Shown: positions 27,722 through 37,545, counted from the first letter of the stretch. The stretch: 64,000 bases of DNA from an uncultured virus (IMG/VR IMGVR_UViG_3300009155_000060) (IMGVR_UViG_3300009155_000060), one strand, 5' to 3'. Numbers and translations: made by a program. The notes: generated by a model not told the origin, from the letters alone.

Positions 27722-29770
27722 ATGACTATAGCCAGCACACTGTCATTCCTGCAGGACAGTGCAGGAGCAATTACCACAGGTACCTTTAACAGCGTAGGTC
27801 CTCCCATAACCTTCAGCATCTCTGGCAGCGAAAAGGTTAGGGTAGACAGCAATGGCTATCTGCTGGTCAATTACAGCAGCAGTCAAGGCAGTTTTTCTCT
27901 ACAGGTACAAGGCAATGCTTATTTTAGTGGATCAATAACAGCCGGTAATATCAATGCTGGCACCGTTGTAGGCAGTATCAGTACAGCCAGTAGTCTTGCT
28001 AGCGGATCAGCAGGCAATTTAGCATATCAAATCAGCCCAGGAGTTACTGGATTCGTACCAACCGGGGCTGCTGGTACTGTATTGATTGGAAGCGGTGGTG
28101 CTCCTGGTTTTTCAACAGGACTGACATTAACTAACGCCATATTAACAGGACAAACAGTTAGCACTTCGACAATCACAGGTGCATTGACCGTAGCTGGTGG
28201 AATTGGTGTGGGTGGTAATTTATACATAGGCGGTTTAGTTAATGCCGGCCAAACCGTAAGAACAGATAGATTCCTACAATCGCCATATCAACCAGTAGCA
28301 CCTCGTGGGTTAGTTTATCGAGGAACTGGAGCATTATCAACAATTACCTCTGCTATTGGCACCGTTGGTCCTAATCAGATAGTAACGGATCCCACCGGTA
28401 GATTTGTATATACAGCAAATGGTGGCAACAATTCAATCAGCCAATACTCGATCAATACAACTACCGGAGCATTATCAACAATAACCACAGCCGTTGCTGT
28501 TGGTGTTGCTGTTTATGCTATAACAGTAGATCCCACTGGTAGATTTGTTTATACAGCGAATTATGTTGCTAACACAGTTGGTCAATATTTTATCAATACC
28601 AGTACCGGAGCACTGACACAGATAACCGCAGCTATTTCCGGCGGTGGATTACTTGATCCTCGGGGGATAGCTATAGACCCTACTGGTAGATTCTTGTACG
28701 TAGCAAATAATATTTTTGGTCCTGGTGTAATTTGTCAATACTCGATCCAAAGCAATGGAGCATTAACACAGATAACCTCCCCTATTGGTGCAGGAAGTCA
28801 ATCAATTAGTATAGCAGTAGATCCCACTGGTAGATTTGCGTATGCAGCAAATAACGCTAGTAATAACATCAGCCAATACTCAATCAATCAAATCACCGGA
28901 GCATTATCGACAATTACCACAGCCATTGCCGCCGGTAGTTTGCCTATTAGTATAGCAGTAGATCCCACCGGTAGATTCGTGTATTGTGCAAATCAGAGTA
29001 GCAGTTCAATCAGTCAATACTCAATCAATCAAACTACTGGAGAACTAACGCAGATAACCACAGCCATTGCTGCTGGTTCTAACACATATTATATAGCGGT
29101 AGATCCCACCGGTAGATTTGTTTATACAGCAAATTATGGTGATGTTACAGTCGGCCAATACTCTATTAATCAAGTTACCGGGGCATTGACGCGGATAGGC
29201 GTAGATCTTGGATTACCTATCGGCTCACCTACAGGTATAACAATAGATCCCACTGGTAGATTTGTATATGTGGCGGTTAATAACGCCATCTGCCAACTCG
29301 CAATCAATAATTTTAGTGCTGGATCTGGAATATTCTCTGGAAAACTGTATGCTAGTGGCATGCCCAGCAGTACCTCTTCCTATATTGTTTATATTAATAC
29401 AACCACTTTTGAGTTGTCCTATGGTGTCAATGCGGGCGGTAGTGGTGGCAGTGGTGGCACCTCCAACATTCCCTCTGCTGGAGCAGCGAAAACAAGTAGT
29501 TACACATTGGCCACAGCGGATGTAGGCAAGTTTGTGGAGGTACAAACAGGAGGTAGTATTATCATACCAAACTCTACATTTGCTGCGGGGGATATTGTTA
29601 ATGTTGTAAATAACAGTACCGGTAATATCACTGTGACAACTAGTCCCACAAGTACATACATTGCCGGAGTAAATACAACCAAATCATCAGTGACATTGTA
29701 CACTCGCGGAATGTTATCGGTATTTTTTATAAATGGTACAACATGTATATTGACAGGTAATATTGCTTAA
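27722..29770 (+). CDS. Tail fibre with a 7-bladed beta-propeller
   Basis: EKVRVDSNG and STITGALTVAGGIG shaft motifs; seven DPTGRF blades; C-terminal YTLATADVGK module. Confidence 0.8.
   Translation: MTIASTLSFLQDSAGAITTGTFNSVGPPITFSISGSEKVRVDSNGYLLVNYSSSQGSFSLQVQGNAYFSGSITAGNINAGTVVGSISTASSLASGSAGNLAYQISPGVTGFVPTGAAGTVLIGSGGAPGFSTGLTLTNAILTGQTVSTSTITGALTVAGGIGVGGNLYIGGLVNAGQTVRTDRFLQSPYQPVAPRGLVYRGTGALSTITSAIGTVGPNQIVTDPTGRFVYTANGGNNSISQYSINTTTGALSTITTAVAVGVAVYAITVDPTGRFVYTANYVANTVGQYFINTSTGALTQITAAISGGGLLDPRGIAIDPTGRFLYVANNIFGPGVICQYSIQSNGALTQITSPIGAGSQSISIAVDPTGRFAYAANNASNNISQYSINQITGALSTITTAIAAGSLPISIAVDPTGRFVYCANQSSSSISQYSINQTTGELTQITTAIAAGSNTYYIAVDPTGRFVYTANYGDVTVGQYSINQVTGALTRIGVDLGLPIGSPTGITIDPTGRFVYVAVNNAICQLAINNFSAGSGIFSGKLYASGMPSSTSSYIVYINTTTFELSYGVNAGGSGGSGGTSNIPSAGAAKTSSYTLATADVGKFVEVQTGGSIIIPNSTFAAGDIVNVVNNSTGNITVTTSPTSTYIAGVNTTKSSVTLYTRGMLSVFFINGTTCILTGNIA
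28275..29330 (+). repeat. Beta-propeller cassette 3: seven blades
   Basis: Seven DPTGRF repeats; 45 bp identical to 23018-23062. Confidence 0.9.
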
Positions 29771-29787
29771 CAGTAAGGTCATATAAT

Positions 29788-31713
29788 ATGAGTGGTATTC
29801 AAGCAGCCTTAACAGGTAATATCAGTTTTCCACAAAATGCAGTTGCTCCGTCAATATCCGGAACAGCATCGGCCGGTAATACACTAACGGCTGCTCCCGG
29901 TACATGGCATGGAACCTTGCCAATTAGCTATTCATACCAATGGAAACAAAATGGCAGCAATATCTCAGGAGCAACCTCCGGTACATATGCATTAGATCGA
30001 AGCTATTTAGGAGCCACTATAACCGTAGATGTTACAGCCACCAATCCGGTTGGATCGTCTAGCCCAGTGACGAGTTCAGCCACATCGGAGGTCACAGGTG
30101 CTCCTGTGAATTCAGTATTACCAACAATTTCTGGTACAGTGTCTTATGCAAGCGTACTTACAGTCACTGATGGAACTTGGACCGGATACCCAACACCTAC
30201 ATATTCATATCAATGGTATAACAGCAGTGTAGGAGCTATCAGTGGAGCAACTGCCAGTACCTATACCTTAGCGGCTACTGATGTAGGATTCACTATGTAT
30301 GCCATAGTCACTGCCAGCAACGGAGTTAGTCCTAATGCAACGGCTCAAACTGCCAGTACCGCGGCAGTTACAAGAGCGGCCTACATAGCATCAGGTAGTT
30401 CTAGTATTACAGGAAGTGCCTACGTTGGATACCTGTTAACTGCTACTCCCCCAACATTCGGCGGATATCCAACACCGACGGTCAGTTACCAATGGTACAA
30501 CGGCAGTGGTGCTATTAGCGGTGCAACTGCATCGACTTATACAATACAGACCTCAGATAACGCTACCACAATTTATGTAATTGTTACTGGAACCAACAGT
30601 GGCGGCTCTGTGAGTTCAACCAGTGCTGCTACTGCCACAGTTACCTATCCTCCAGTCCTTGCTGATTTGCTGGTAGTAGGTGGCGGTGGTGGCGGTGCTG
30701 GCTTCGCCGGAGTGGGCGGAGGAGGTGGCGGTGGGGCAGGTGGGGTGCTATATCAACCTATATCTGTTAATTGCCTTGCTCGTAATACACCCTACGGAAT
30801 AAGTGTAGGAGGAGGAGGAGCAGGATCTTCCTGTGCTTCGCTGACGATTCCTTGTGGCCTGGCAAGCAATGGTAGTAACAGTTGTTTTGGAGCCAGTTAT
30901 GTTGCCTGTGGCGGTGGTGGTGGTGGCGGAAAAGCTGGTGCATCTGGCGGTAGCGGAGGAGGAAGTTATGGAAGATACTTTACGTCCGGCAAATGTGGCA
31001 GTGCCCTTAATGAGTTTCCATTACGCGGAATAGGTACTCCTGGTCAAGGCAATGACGGGGGCATAGGCATGGCGACACCTACGTGTTTTAGCCCGGCCGT
31101 TTGCTCTTCAGCTCCTGTCACGGGGGGTGGCGGCGGCGGCGGGGCTGGCGGGGCTGGCCAGAGTGCTGTCTTTACTTGCATCGCCCCCGCCGCCGCCGCC
31201 CCACCATATGCCTATTATAGCTATGCCGGATGTGGCGGTTCAGCCGTAAATTATAGTATAACGGGGACACCATGTGATTATGGTGGCGGTGGCGGTGGGG
31301 CTTCTAGTGGCATATGGAGTGGCATTGGGTGCTATTGTTGTTATAAAATTGCAGGGGGCCTCGGCGGTGGATGCTCTGGAGGACAAGGGGCGAGATCTGC
31401 TTGTAACTGGTCATGCTCTCTTACTGTCGGAAGCGAATCTTATCTTGGCAAGGTTCCGGCTACAAATGGAGTTGCATGCAGCGGTGGAGGAGGGGGAGCG
31501 AATACACCTTCTTGTGCTAGGCCAGTTGTCCAATGCGGTGGACAGACCGGATGTAGCGGAGGACCTGGCGTAGTAGTAGTGGCTTGGTGTACCTCACCGG
31601 CAATTACATATGCTATATCAGGAGTAACCTATTGTGTAGATTGTACTACCAGATCTGGATATACTGTGCTTAATATTACAGGGGGGTCCGGAAGTATCTG
31701 TTTTGGGCCTTAA
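29788..31713 (+). CDS. Adhesin-like protein: three Ig-like repeats plus a Gly-rich, Cys-rich C-terminal domain
   Basis: Three P.ISG....G.W.G.P...YSYQW....ISGAT..TY repeats; polyglycine runs; 25 Cys, all in the C-terminal half. Confidence 0.75.
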   Translation: MSGIQAALTGNISFPQNAVAPSISGTASAGNTLTAAPGTWHGTLPISYSYQWKQNGSNISGATSGTYALDRSYLGATITVDVTATNPVGSSSPVTSSATSEVTGAPVNSVLPTISGTVSYASVLTVTDGTWTGYPTPTYSYQWYNSSVGAISGATASTYTLAATDVGFTMYAIVTASNGVSPNATAQTASTAAVTRAAYIASGSSSITGSAYVGYLLTATPPTFGGYPTPTVSYQWYNGSGAISGATASTYTIQTSDNATTIYVIVTGTNSGGSVSSTSAATATVTYPPVLADLLVVGGGGGGAGFAGVGGGGGGGAGGVLYQPISVNCLARNTPYGISVGGGGAGSSCASLTIPCGLASNGSNSCFGASYVACGGGGGGGKAGASGGSGGGSYGRYFTSGKCGSALNEFPLRGIGTPGQGNDGGIGMATPTCFSPAVCSSAPVTGGGGGGGAGGAGQSAVFTCIAPAAAAPPYAYYSYAGCGGSAVNYSITGTPCDYGGGGGGASSGIWSGIGCYCCYKIAGGLGGGCSGGQGARSACNWSCSLTVGSESYLGKVPATNGVACSGGGGGANTPSCARPVVQCGGQTGCSGGPGVVVVAWCTSPAITYAISGVTYCVDCTTRSGYTVLNITGGSGSICFGP

Positions 31714-31739
31714 CGGTTGACTTAGGAGAAATTTTAAAA

Positions 31740-32153
31740 ATGGTACATTATGCGGAATTAGACGAAAATAATATAGTGATCAGAGTTTTTCCAACAGGTG
31801 TTGATGAAGCTACTGTAGACGGTGAAGAATTTTATACCAACATGTTTAAAGAATCCGGACACACCTTTAAAAAAGCTGATTATTATACCATTATGGGAAC
31901 ACATAGCGAAGGCGGTATTCCTTTTAGAAAAAATTATCCAGGCATAGGATATACATATGATAGTGTAAGGGATGCTTTTATTCCGCCTAGGCCGTCCCCA
32001 ACTTGGATTTTGAACGAAGATACATGCTGGTGGGAAACCCCTGTTCCTATGCCAGATGACGGACAATATTATGAGTGGCAGGAGGATGAACAAAAATGGT
32101 TAACTTTGGAAGAAGTACAAGCAAAATATCTTTTAATTTCAGAAAATATTTAA
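31740..32153 (+). CDS. Fibre-associated small protein (possible assembly chaperone)
   Basis: MxHYAELDENNIVIRV...FRKNYPGIGYTYD..RDAFIPP.P..W.LNE..C.WE.P pattern, typical after Gly-rich fibre genes; SD AGGAG. Confidence 0.7.
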   Translation: MVHYAELDENNIVIRVFPTGVDEATVDGEEFYTNMFKESGHTFKKADYYTIMGTHSEGGIPFRKNYPGIGYTYDSVRDAFIPPRPSPTWILNEDTCWWETPVPMPDDGQYYEWQEDEQKWLTLEEVQAKYLLISENI

Positions 32154-32181
32154 CACAGTAAACTACGTAGTAAATATACGT

Positions 32182-32811
32182 ATGTTTATAATAAAATCAG
32201 CTACTGATCGATTAGCTACCAATGTACATGAAAAAACATATGTCAATCATGATGTATGCTATTGGGATGGGTATTTTACCGACGGCGAAATAGACGATAT
32301 TCGAAATTACTGTGTTACAACTACAGCAACAACTACAGCATCAACAATAGGAGCGACCGTACCAGACAAATCAGTTAGATTAAGTAAAACTGCATTTTAC
32401 GAGCCCAACAATGATAATGCCTGGATCTATGGGAAATTACTTAACCTAGTTGAAACAATAAACGACAGTTTTTTCCAGTATGATTTGCAAGGGTTTGACA
32501 CATTTCAATATACTGAATATAGTGAAACCGGCAGCCATTACGATTTTCATACAGATATGATGTTTGGAAGAAACGTCCCTATAAGTATGGTAATTCCCCG
32601 CAAACTCAGCATCAGTTTAATGCTATCGGATCCGAGCGAATACACAGGGGGGGATTTTGAAATTTTATCTGGAAAAACACCAGCAAAAATGGCACAACCA
32701 AAAGGTAGAGCTATTGCATTTCCTAGCTATATGATGCATAGGGTAACTCCTATAGTCACCGGAGTACGTCGAAGTTTAGTTGTTTGGGTGCTTGGGCCTA
32801 AATTCAAATAG
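32182..32811 (+). CDS. 2OG-Fe(II) oxygenase (prolyl-hydroxylase-like)
   Basis: YDFHTD (HxD), RKLS, YTGGDF, FPSYMMHRVTP and RRSLVVW. Confidence 0.9.
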   Translation: MFIIKSATDRLATNVHEKTYVNHDVCYWDGYFTDGEIDDIRNYCVTTTATTTASTIGATVPDKSVRLSKTAFYEPNNDNAWIYGKLLNLVETINDSFFQYDLQGFDTFQYTEYSETGSHYDFHTDMMFGRNVPISMVIPRKLSISLMLSDPSEYTGGDFEILSGKTPAKMAQPKGRAIAFPSYMMHRVTPIVTGVRRSLVVWVLGPKFK

Positions 32812-32812
32812 T

Positions 32813-33415
32813 ATGACAGAGTTTAAAAAAACTGGTTATATAAATTTAAAAAATCATCTAACTAGTGATTTATGTAAATTGTTATCTATTGAAATACGCA
32901 TGGTAAAAGATCTTGATTTTGTACGTCATAATCATAACTTTGAAAATACAAGAGCATTTGAAGATGGGCAAGTGCCTTTTAGTTATCCAATTTATGGACA
33001 CGCCCCATTTGAAAGTTTAATGCTGCTATTACAACCTACAGTTGAATCTCACACAGAACTTCAGCTACATCCTTGTTATACATATGGAAGAATTATGTGG
33101 AGCGGGGCCTTTATGGAAGCACATAGGGATCGTCCTAGCTGCCAAATTAGCTGCACTATTTGCATAGATTCAGATAACAAAAATGATTATCCAATTTATA
33201 TGGAAGACTATCAAGGAAATATCAACAAAGTTATTCAAAAGCCCGGAGATGTATTAATATACAACGGAACAGAACTTACTCATCATAGAGATGTTTATCA
33301 AGGTCGAGAGCATGTTCAGGTATTTTTACATTATGTAGATGCTCAGGGCCCGTATGCATCTTATAAAAATGACGGACGACTGATGTTAGGCACACAAAAA
33401 GGTAGACTTTTCTAA
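32813..33415 (+). CDS. 2OG-Fe(II) oxygenase-like protein
   Basis: HRDRPSCQIS (HxD), PGDVLIYNG, HHR and QVFLHYV. Start ATG 32813 follows the upstream stop. Confidence 0.8.
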   Translation: MTEFKKTGYINLKNHLTSDLCKLLSIEIRMVKDLDFVRHNHNFENTRAFEDGQVPFSYPIYGHAPFESLMLLLQPTVESHTELQLHPCYTYGRIMWSGAFMEAHRDRPSCQISCTICIDSDNKNDYPIYMEDYQGNINKVIQKPGDVLIYNGTELTHHRDVYQGREHVQVFLHYVDAQGPYASYKNDGRLMLGTQKGRLF

Positions 33416-33453
33416 CTAACTTATTATAAAATATTATAATAAAGAGTAATTTT

Positions 33454-34383
33454 ATGAAACAGGTATTTGTCATAGACGGAGGTGCCGGCCGAGTCATTGC
33501 TGCTATTCCTGCACTGCTTAAATTTCACAGGCTAACCCCTAATGAAGAATGGTATGTACTGGTTTCAGGGTGGGATACGCTGTATTGGAGCATTCCAGCT
33601 CTCCAAGATCGAACGTTTAATCCAGATTCTAAAGGAATATTTGAAAATATTGTATTGAATGCTGACATTATACATTCCCCAGAACCTTATAGAGTTGCTG
33701 GATATCTACGTCAACAGCTTTCAATCGCACAGGCATTTGATGAAATAATTAATAAGACCAGTGACCACAGTGATCTAGGCTCCCCTGTATTAAAGTTTAA
33801 TAGACAAGAAAAAGTATGGGCTTCCTCTATCATTGCTAATATAAAGGCACAGACCAAAAAAACAAAAACCATAGTGTTTCAGCCCTTTGGTTCAAGTGCT
33901 GGGTGGGCAGCCGGGGATGTTTTTGATTCATCTGTACGCAGTATGAACAAAAAATCATTTTTATCTCTAGCAGAAAAGTTATCAAAAAACTATAATGTGT
34001 TGTTCTTTGGAGATCACTCATTTAAAATGACCGAAGATACTTTTACTCAAAAAATGGATATTATTTCTATTAGAGATTGGGCAGCTCTTATTGATGCGGC
34101 CGACTATTTTGTAGGGGTTGACAGTGTAGGACAACACATGGCTCGATCGGCTGGTAAACCCGGTACTGTAATTTATGGATCAACATTTCCCGCAAACACA
34201 TCTTATCCTGATTATTTTCAAATTTGGGAAAAACCAGGAGTTAAAAAATACGCACCTTTGAGATTAAGCGAATTAGAATCGGGATTAGCAAATAGAATCA
34301 ATGAAGGGCTAATGGACCTAACTGAAAAAGAAATAAAAGAAATCTTTGATAAAATTGTTTTGGATATTGAGAAGAAAAAATAA
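33454..34383 (+). CDS. GT-B glycosyltransferase, family 9 (heptosyltransferase)-like
   Basis: N-terminal IDGGAGRVIAAIPAL; C-terminal WAALIDAADYFVGVDSVGQHMARSAGKPGTVIYGST matches the GT9 signature. Confidence 0.8.
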   Translation: MKQVFVIDGGAGRVIAAIPALLKFHRLTPNEEWYVLVSGWDTLYWSIPALQDRTFNPDSKGIFENIVLNADIIHSPEPYRVAGYLRQQLSIAQAFDEIINKTSDHSDLGSPVLKFNRQEKVWASSIIANIKAQTKKTKTIVFQPFGSSAGWAAGDVFDSSVRSMNKKSFLSLAEKLSKNYNVLFFGDHSFKMTEDTFTQKMDIISIRDWAALIDAADYFVGVDSVGQHMARSAGKPGTVIYGSTFPANTSYPDYFQIWEKPGVKKYAPLRLSELESGLANRINEGLMDLTEKEIKEIFDKIVLDIEKKK

Positions 34384-34388
34384 ATCAA

Positions 34389-36065
34389 ATGTATAATATT
34401 TTATCAATTAATCCCGGACATAACGGATCTATCGCACTGGTAACTGATGGTAAATTGCAGTATTATTGCGAGGAAGAACGTTTATCTAGATTAAAGTACG
34501 ACGGTAATCCTTTTAGAGGAATGATTTCCATATTAGAAACATTTTTAATCAATGAACTTGTAATAGGAGGAACTACTACCGAATATGCTTTGCTACCATG
34601 GACTGGAGAAGATCCTTATTCCGCTCTGGCAAGAAAATTCAATCCAAATGTTAAAATTACCAAAGTAGGCCATGATCATCATATCGGGCATGCTGCTTCG
34701 GCATTTTATAATTCTGGGTTTGAATCAGCCGTGGCTGTTGTTGTTGATGGTAGTGGAAGTTTAGATAATAAAGAAAACTCTTATATATCATTTGAAACTG
34801 AGTCTATTTACAGTTGCAATTATCCGCATCAATTTACAAAATTATATAAAAAATATTGGAGTAATAATTCAAGTTATATTTTTGATGGCACAGAAGAACA
34901 CCACGACTCTGTGACCATTGTCAAGGCCTATGAAGCTGTTTCGGAATATTTAGGGTTTGGGTTTATTGAAGCAGGAAAAACCATGGGATTATCTCCTTAT
35001 GGTTCCCCAGATAATAAAATTCCAGATTTTTTTATAGAAAATTTAGGAAATAAAAATTTACTGATCCCTTATTATCCAGCGGGAGCATACATTGATGAAA
35101 ATAGATATAATTATCTGGCAAGAAGGCAGGATCCTAAAGATTGGCATCAGCACCTTGAAAAAATAACAATCGTAGATAAAAATCTAGCATGGAAAATCCA
35201 ACAAGAAACTCAAGTACTGGTCGGCGATTTAATTGAAAAAGCAATTGATTTATCTAGAGAAAAAAATGTAGTCTTATCGGGTGGCTATGGATTAAATTGT
35301 GTTGCTAACTATTATTATAAAAAAAGATTCCCTGACATAAATTTTTATGTTGATCCTATATCGCACGATGGTGGTACAGCAATTGGATTAGCCAAGTTAG
35401 CCTGGCATGCCTATAGTGAATCAAAAGAAAAAGATCCGTTAAGATCTCTCTACCTGGGTTTTTTTCCAAATTACAATGATATCGATAGTCTAGTTAATAC
35501 GGCTGGTTTTAAAATCAGTGAGGCTACTGTTGATGATATTTCACAACTTATTATAGATCAAAACATAGTGGCTATATTTTCTGGCAGGGCAGAAGGTGGA
35601 CCCCGAGCTTTAGGAAATCGTAGCATATTGTTTGATCCACGGAATCCTAAAGGTAAAGATATTGTCAATACTGTAAAAGGTAGAGAATGGTTTAGACCCT
35701 TTGCTGGATCTATACTAGCCGAACATGCGGACGAATGGTTTGAAATGGCTGGTCTAAAAGACAGTCCATATATGATGTATGCTATTCCAGTAAAAGAAGA
35801 CAAGTTAAATCAAATTCCTGCAATAGCACATGTAGACGGAACGTGTAGAATACAAACTGTAAACCAATTCGATAATTTACATTATCGAGAATTAATTGAA
35901 TCTTTTTACAAAAAAACTGGGGTCCCTATATTGTTTAACACCAGTTTTAATCTTGCCGGACATCCTCTAGTCGAAGTCGTGAAAGATGCCATTGATACCA
36001 TGAAAAATTCCGAGATCAAATATCTGTACCTTCCAGAAATTAAAAAACTTGTGTATAAAGGTTAA
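34389..36065 (+). CDS. Carbamoyltransferase (NodU/CmcH/TobZ family)
   Basis: Motifs EEERLSRLK, HHIGHAASAF, GKTMGL, GPRALGNRSIL, REWFRPFA, HVDGTCRIQTV and NTSFN. Confidence 0.93.
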   Translation: MYNILSINPGHNGSIALVTDGKLQYYCEEERLSRLKYDGNPFRGMISILETFLINELVIGGTTTEYALLPWTGEDPYSALARKFNPNVKITKVGHDHHIGHAASAFYNSGFESAVAVVVDGSGSLDNKENSYISFETESIYSCNYPHQFTKLYKKYWSNNSSYIFDGTEEHHDSVTIVKAYEAVSEYLGFGFIEAGKTMGLSPYGSPDNKIPDFFIENLGNKNLLIPYYPAGAYIDENRYNYLARRQDPKDWHQHLEKITIVDKNLAWKIQQETQVLVGDLIEKAIDLSREKNVVLSGGYGLNCVANYYYKKRFPDINFYVDPISHDGGTAIGLAKLAWHAYSESKEKDPLRSLYLGFFPNYNDIDSLVNTAGFKISEATVDDISQLIIDQNIVAIFSGRAEGGPRALGNRSILFDPRNPKGKDIVNTVKGREWFRPFAGSILAEHADEWFEMAGLKDSPYMMYAIPVKEDKLNQIPAIAHVDGTCRIQTVNQFDNLHYRELIESFYKKTGVPILFNTSFNLAGHPLVEVVKDAIDTMKNSEIKYLYLPEIKKLVYKG

Positions 36066-36195
36066 TTAAATCTAACAGTTGGTATCCTAGAAGCACCAGT
36101 ACGAGAGTTAAAAATTATTTAATAAATACATCGAACTCACATTCTAATAAAGTTATAACTCAGGTCGTTAAATATAGGGCCGCTAGGAAAACAAT

Positions 36196-36417
36196 ATGGC
36201 ATTACCAGCAACGGGGGCACAAATATCATTTGGACAAGTAAATCGAGCTTATACAAATATCGCTCCAGGCACAACAGGTGATGCACCTTCTGGTGGACAA
36301 AATATTAAACTGAGCTCAATTCTTGGAGCAAGATCTACTTATACAATAGGACAAACAACTGGTACACAGATCAGCCTTTCTCTTACCTTTGGCGGCAAAA
36401 CAACACCTTTTAGCTAA
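36196..36417 (+). CDS. Small putative virion protein
   Basis: 73 aa with MALPATGAQISF start; TAAATA at 36123 and 36169; SD AGGA. Confidence 0.6.
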   Translation: MALPATGAQISFGQVNRAYTNIAPGTTGDAPSGGQNIKLSSILGARSTYTIGQTTGTQISLSLTFGGKTTPFS

Positions 36418-36421
36418 CATT

Positions 36422-36892
36422 ATGAATTTAAATCAACTTAAAAATCTAATCTCAAAATCAAACGTCACTACCAACAAGTGGGAATTAGATAACATTGTGT
36501 GGTGGGATCGTACAACTAATCCAGAATCATTGATAAGATTTGTCAACAGGATACAAGAATTAACTGAACAAAAAACTCTAACTGCTGAAGAAACTAAAGA
36601 ATTACAATATCTGTCAGAATTGCTAGATGAATTAGAACAAGATGAATGCGACGAACTGTTAAACAGGACAGAAGAACAATCAAAAGATGCATTTATTGAA
36701 GATTTGGCTAGAACCAGTGCTATAGAAATATTAACTGGAGGAAAAATCAGCTACGAAACCATGAATACCGCTTGCAAACTCAGCCCCAGTGACTTTATAA
36801 TGTGTGCAAAACGCACCCAAGATTTACTTAATGCCATACAGGGATTGGTAATCAAAGGTGAAACACTCAGTAAAGACGTGGCAGGGGCATGA
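36422..36892 (+). CDS. Hypothetical protein
   Basis: ATG 36422 follows the previous stop; helical and acidic; ATGA-coupled to the next gene. Confidence 0.6.
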   Translation: MNLNQLKNLISKSNVTTNKWELDNIVWWDRTTNPESLIRFVNRIQELTEQKTLTAEETKELQYLSELLDELEQDECDELLNRTEEQSKDAFIEDLARTSAIEILTGGKISYETMNTACKLSPSDFIMCAKRTQDLLNAIQGLVIKGETLSKDVAGA

Positions 36893-37545
36893 AAAAGAAA
36901 AGCGTATTCACAAGTTCTAGTTGGACAACTAAAAAAGGCAAACTGGCAGTACTGATCCCTTGCAGGGATACTTTACATTCTGCACACGCTCTTTGTCTAG
37001 CAGAAATGATCAAACTCAACACCATGAACGATATTGACACGCATGTGTTTATGGATGCTAGTACTATTTTACTAACACAAAGAGAGCGACTAGCTACTGA
37101 AGCTGTTAATTTAGGTGCAGAATATCTGTTGTGGCTAGACAGCGATATCACTTTTCCTGCTACCACTGCCATGCGACTAATGGCTCACGATGAACCCGTA
37201 GTAGCCTGTAACTATATTCGTAGACAGCTCCCAGCAAAAGGTGTTGCTTATGAAGTAATTGGCGATTGGAACAATCCTTTACCATTTGATATCTACAATC
37301 ATCTTGTAGAAGTACAGGGAGTAGGAATGGGCTGTATGCTGATGCGTACGGAAATTTTTTCGAAGATTCCTAAACCATGGTTTGAGTTTGGATGGAGTCC
37401 AGACAGTAACGATCATTTAGGAGAGGATATGATCCTCTGCCAAAAAATGGCAGCAGCTGGATATTCTGTTAAGATTGATAGCCAGCTCAGCCAAGAATTA
37501 AGACATTTAGGAACCTGGGCATTTGGTCCTGATCTATTAGACTAA
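36889..37545 (+). CDS. GT-A (family 2-like) glycosyltransferase
   Basis: LAVLIPCRD, EYLLWLDSD (DxD), GMGCMLM and GEDMILC. Confidence 0.85.
   Translation: MKKKSVFTSSSWTTKKGKLAVLIPCRDTLHSAHALCLAEMIKLNTMNDIDTHVFMDASTILLTQRERLATEAVNLGAEYLLWLDSDITFPATTAMRLMAHDEPVVACNYIRRQLPAKGVAYEVIGDWNNPLPFDIYNHLVEVQGVGMGCMLMRTEIFSKIPKPWFEFGWSPDSNDHLGEDMILCQKMAAAGYSVKIDSQLSQELRHLGTWAFGPDLLD

Noticed and set aside
21690..29330. Propeller duplicates considered as DGR template/variable repeats
   Set aside because: Differences are not adenine-specific, all copies are coding, and no reverse transcriptase is present in the window.
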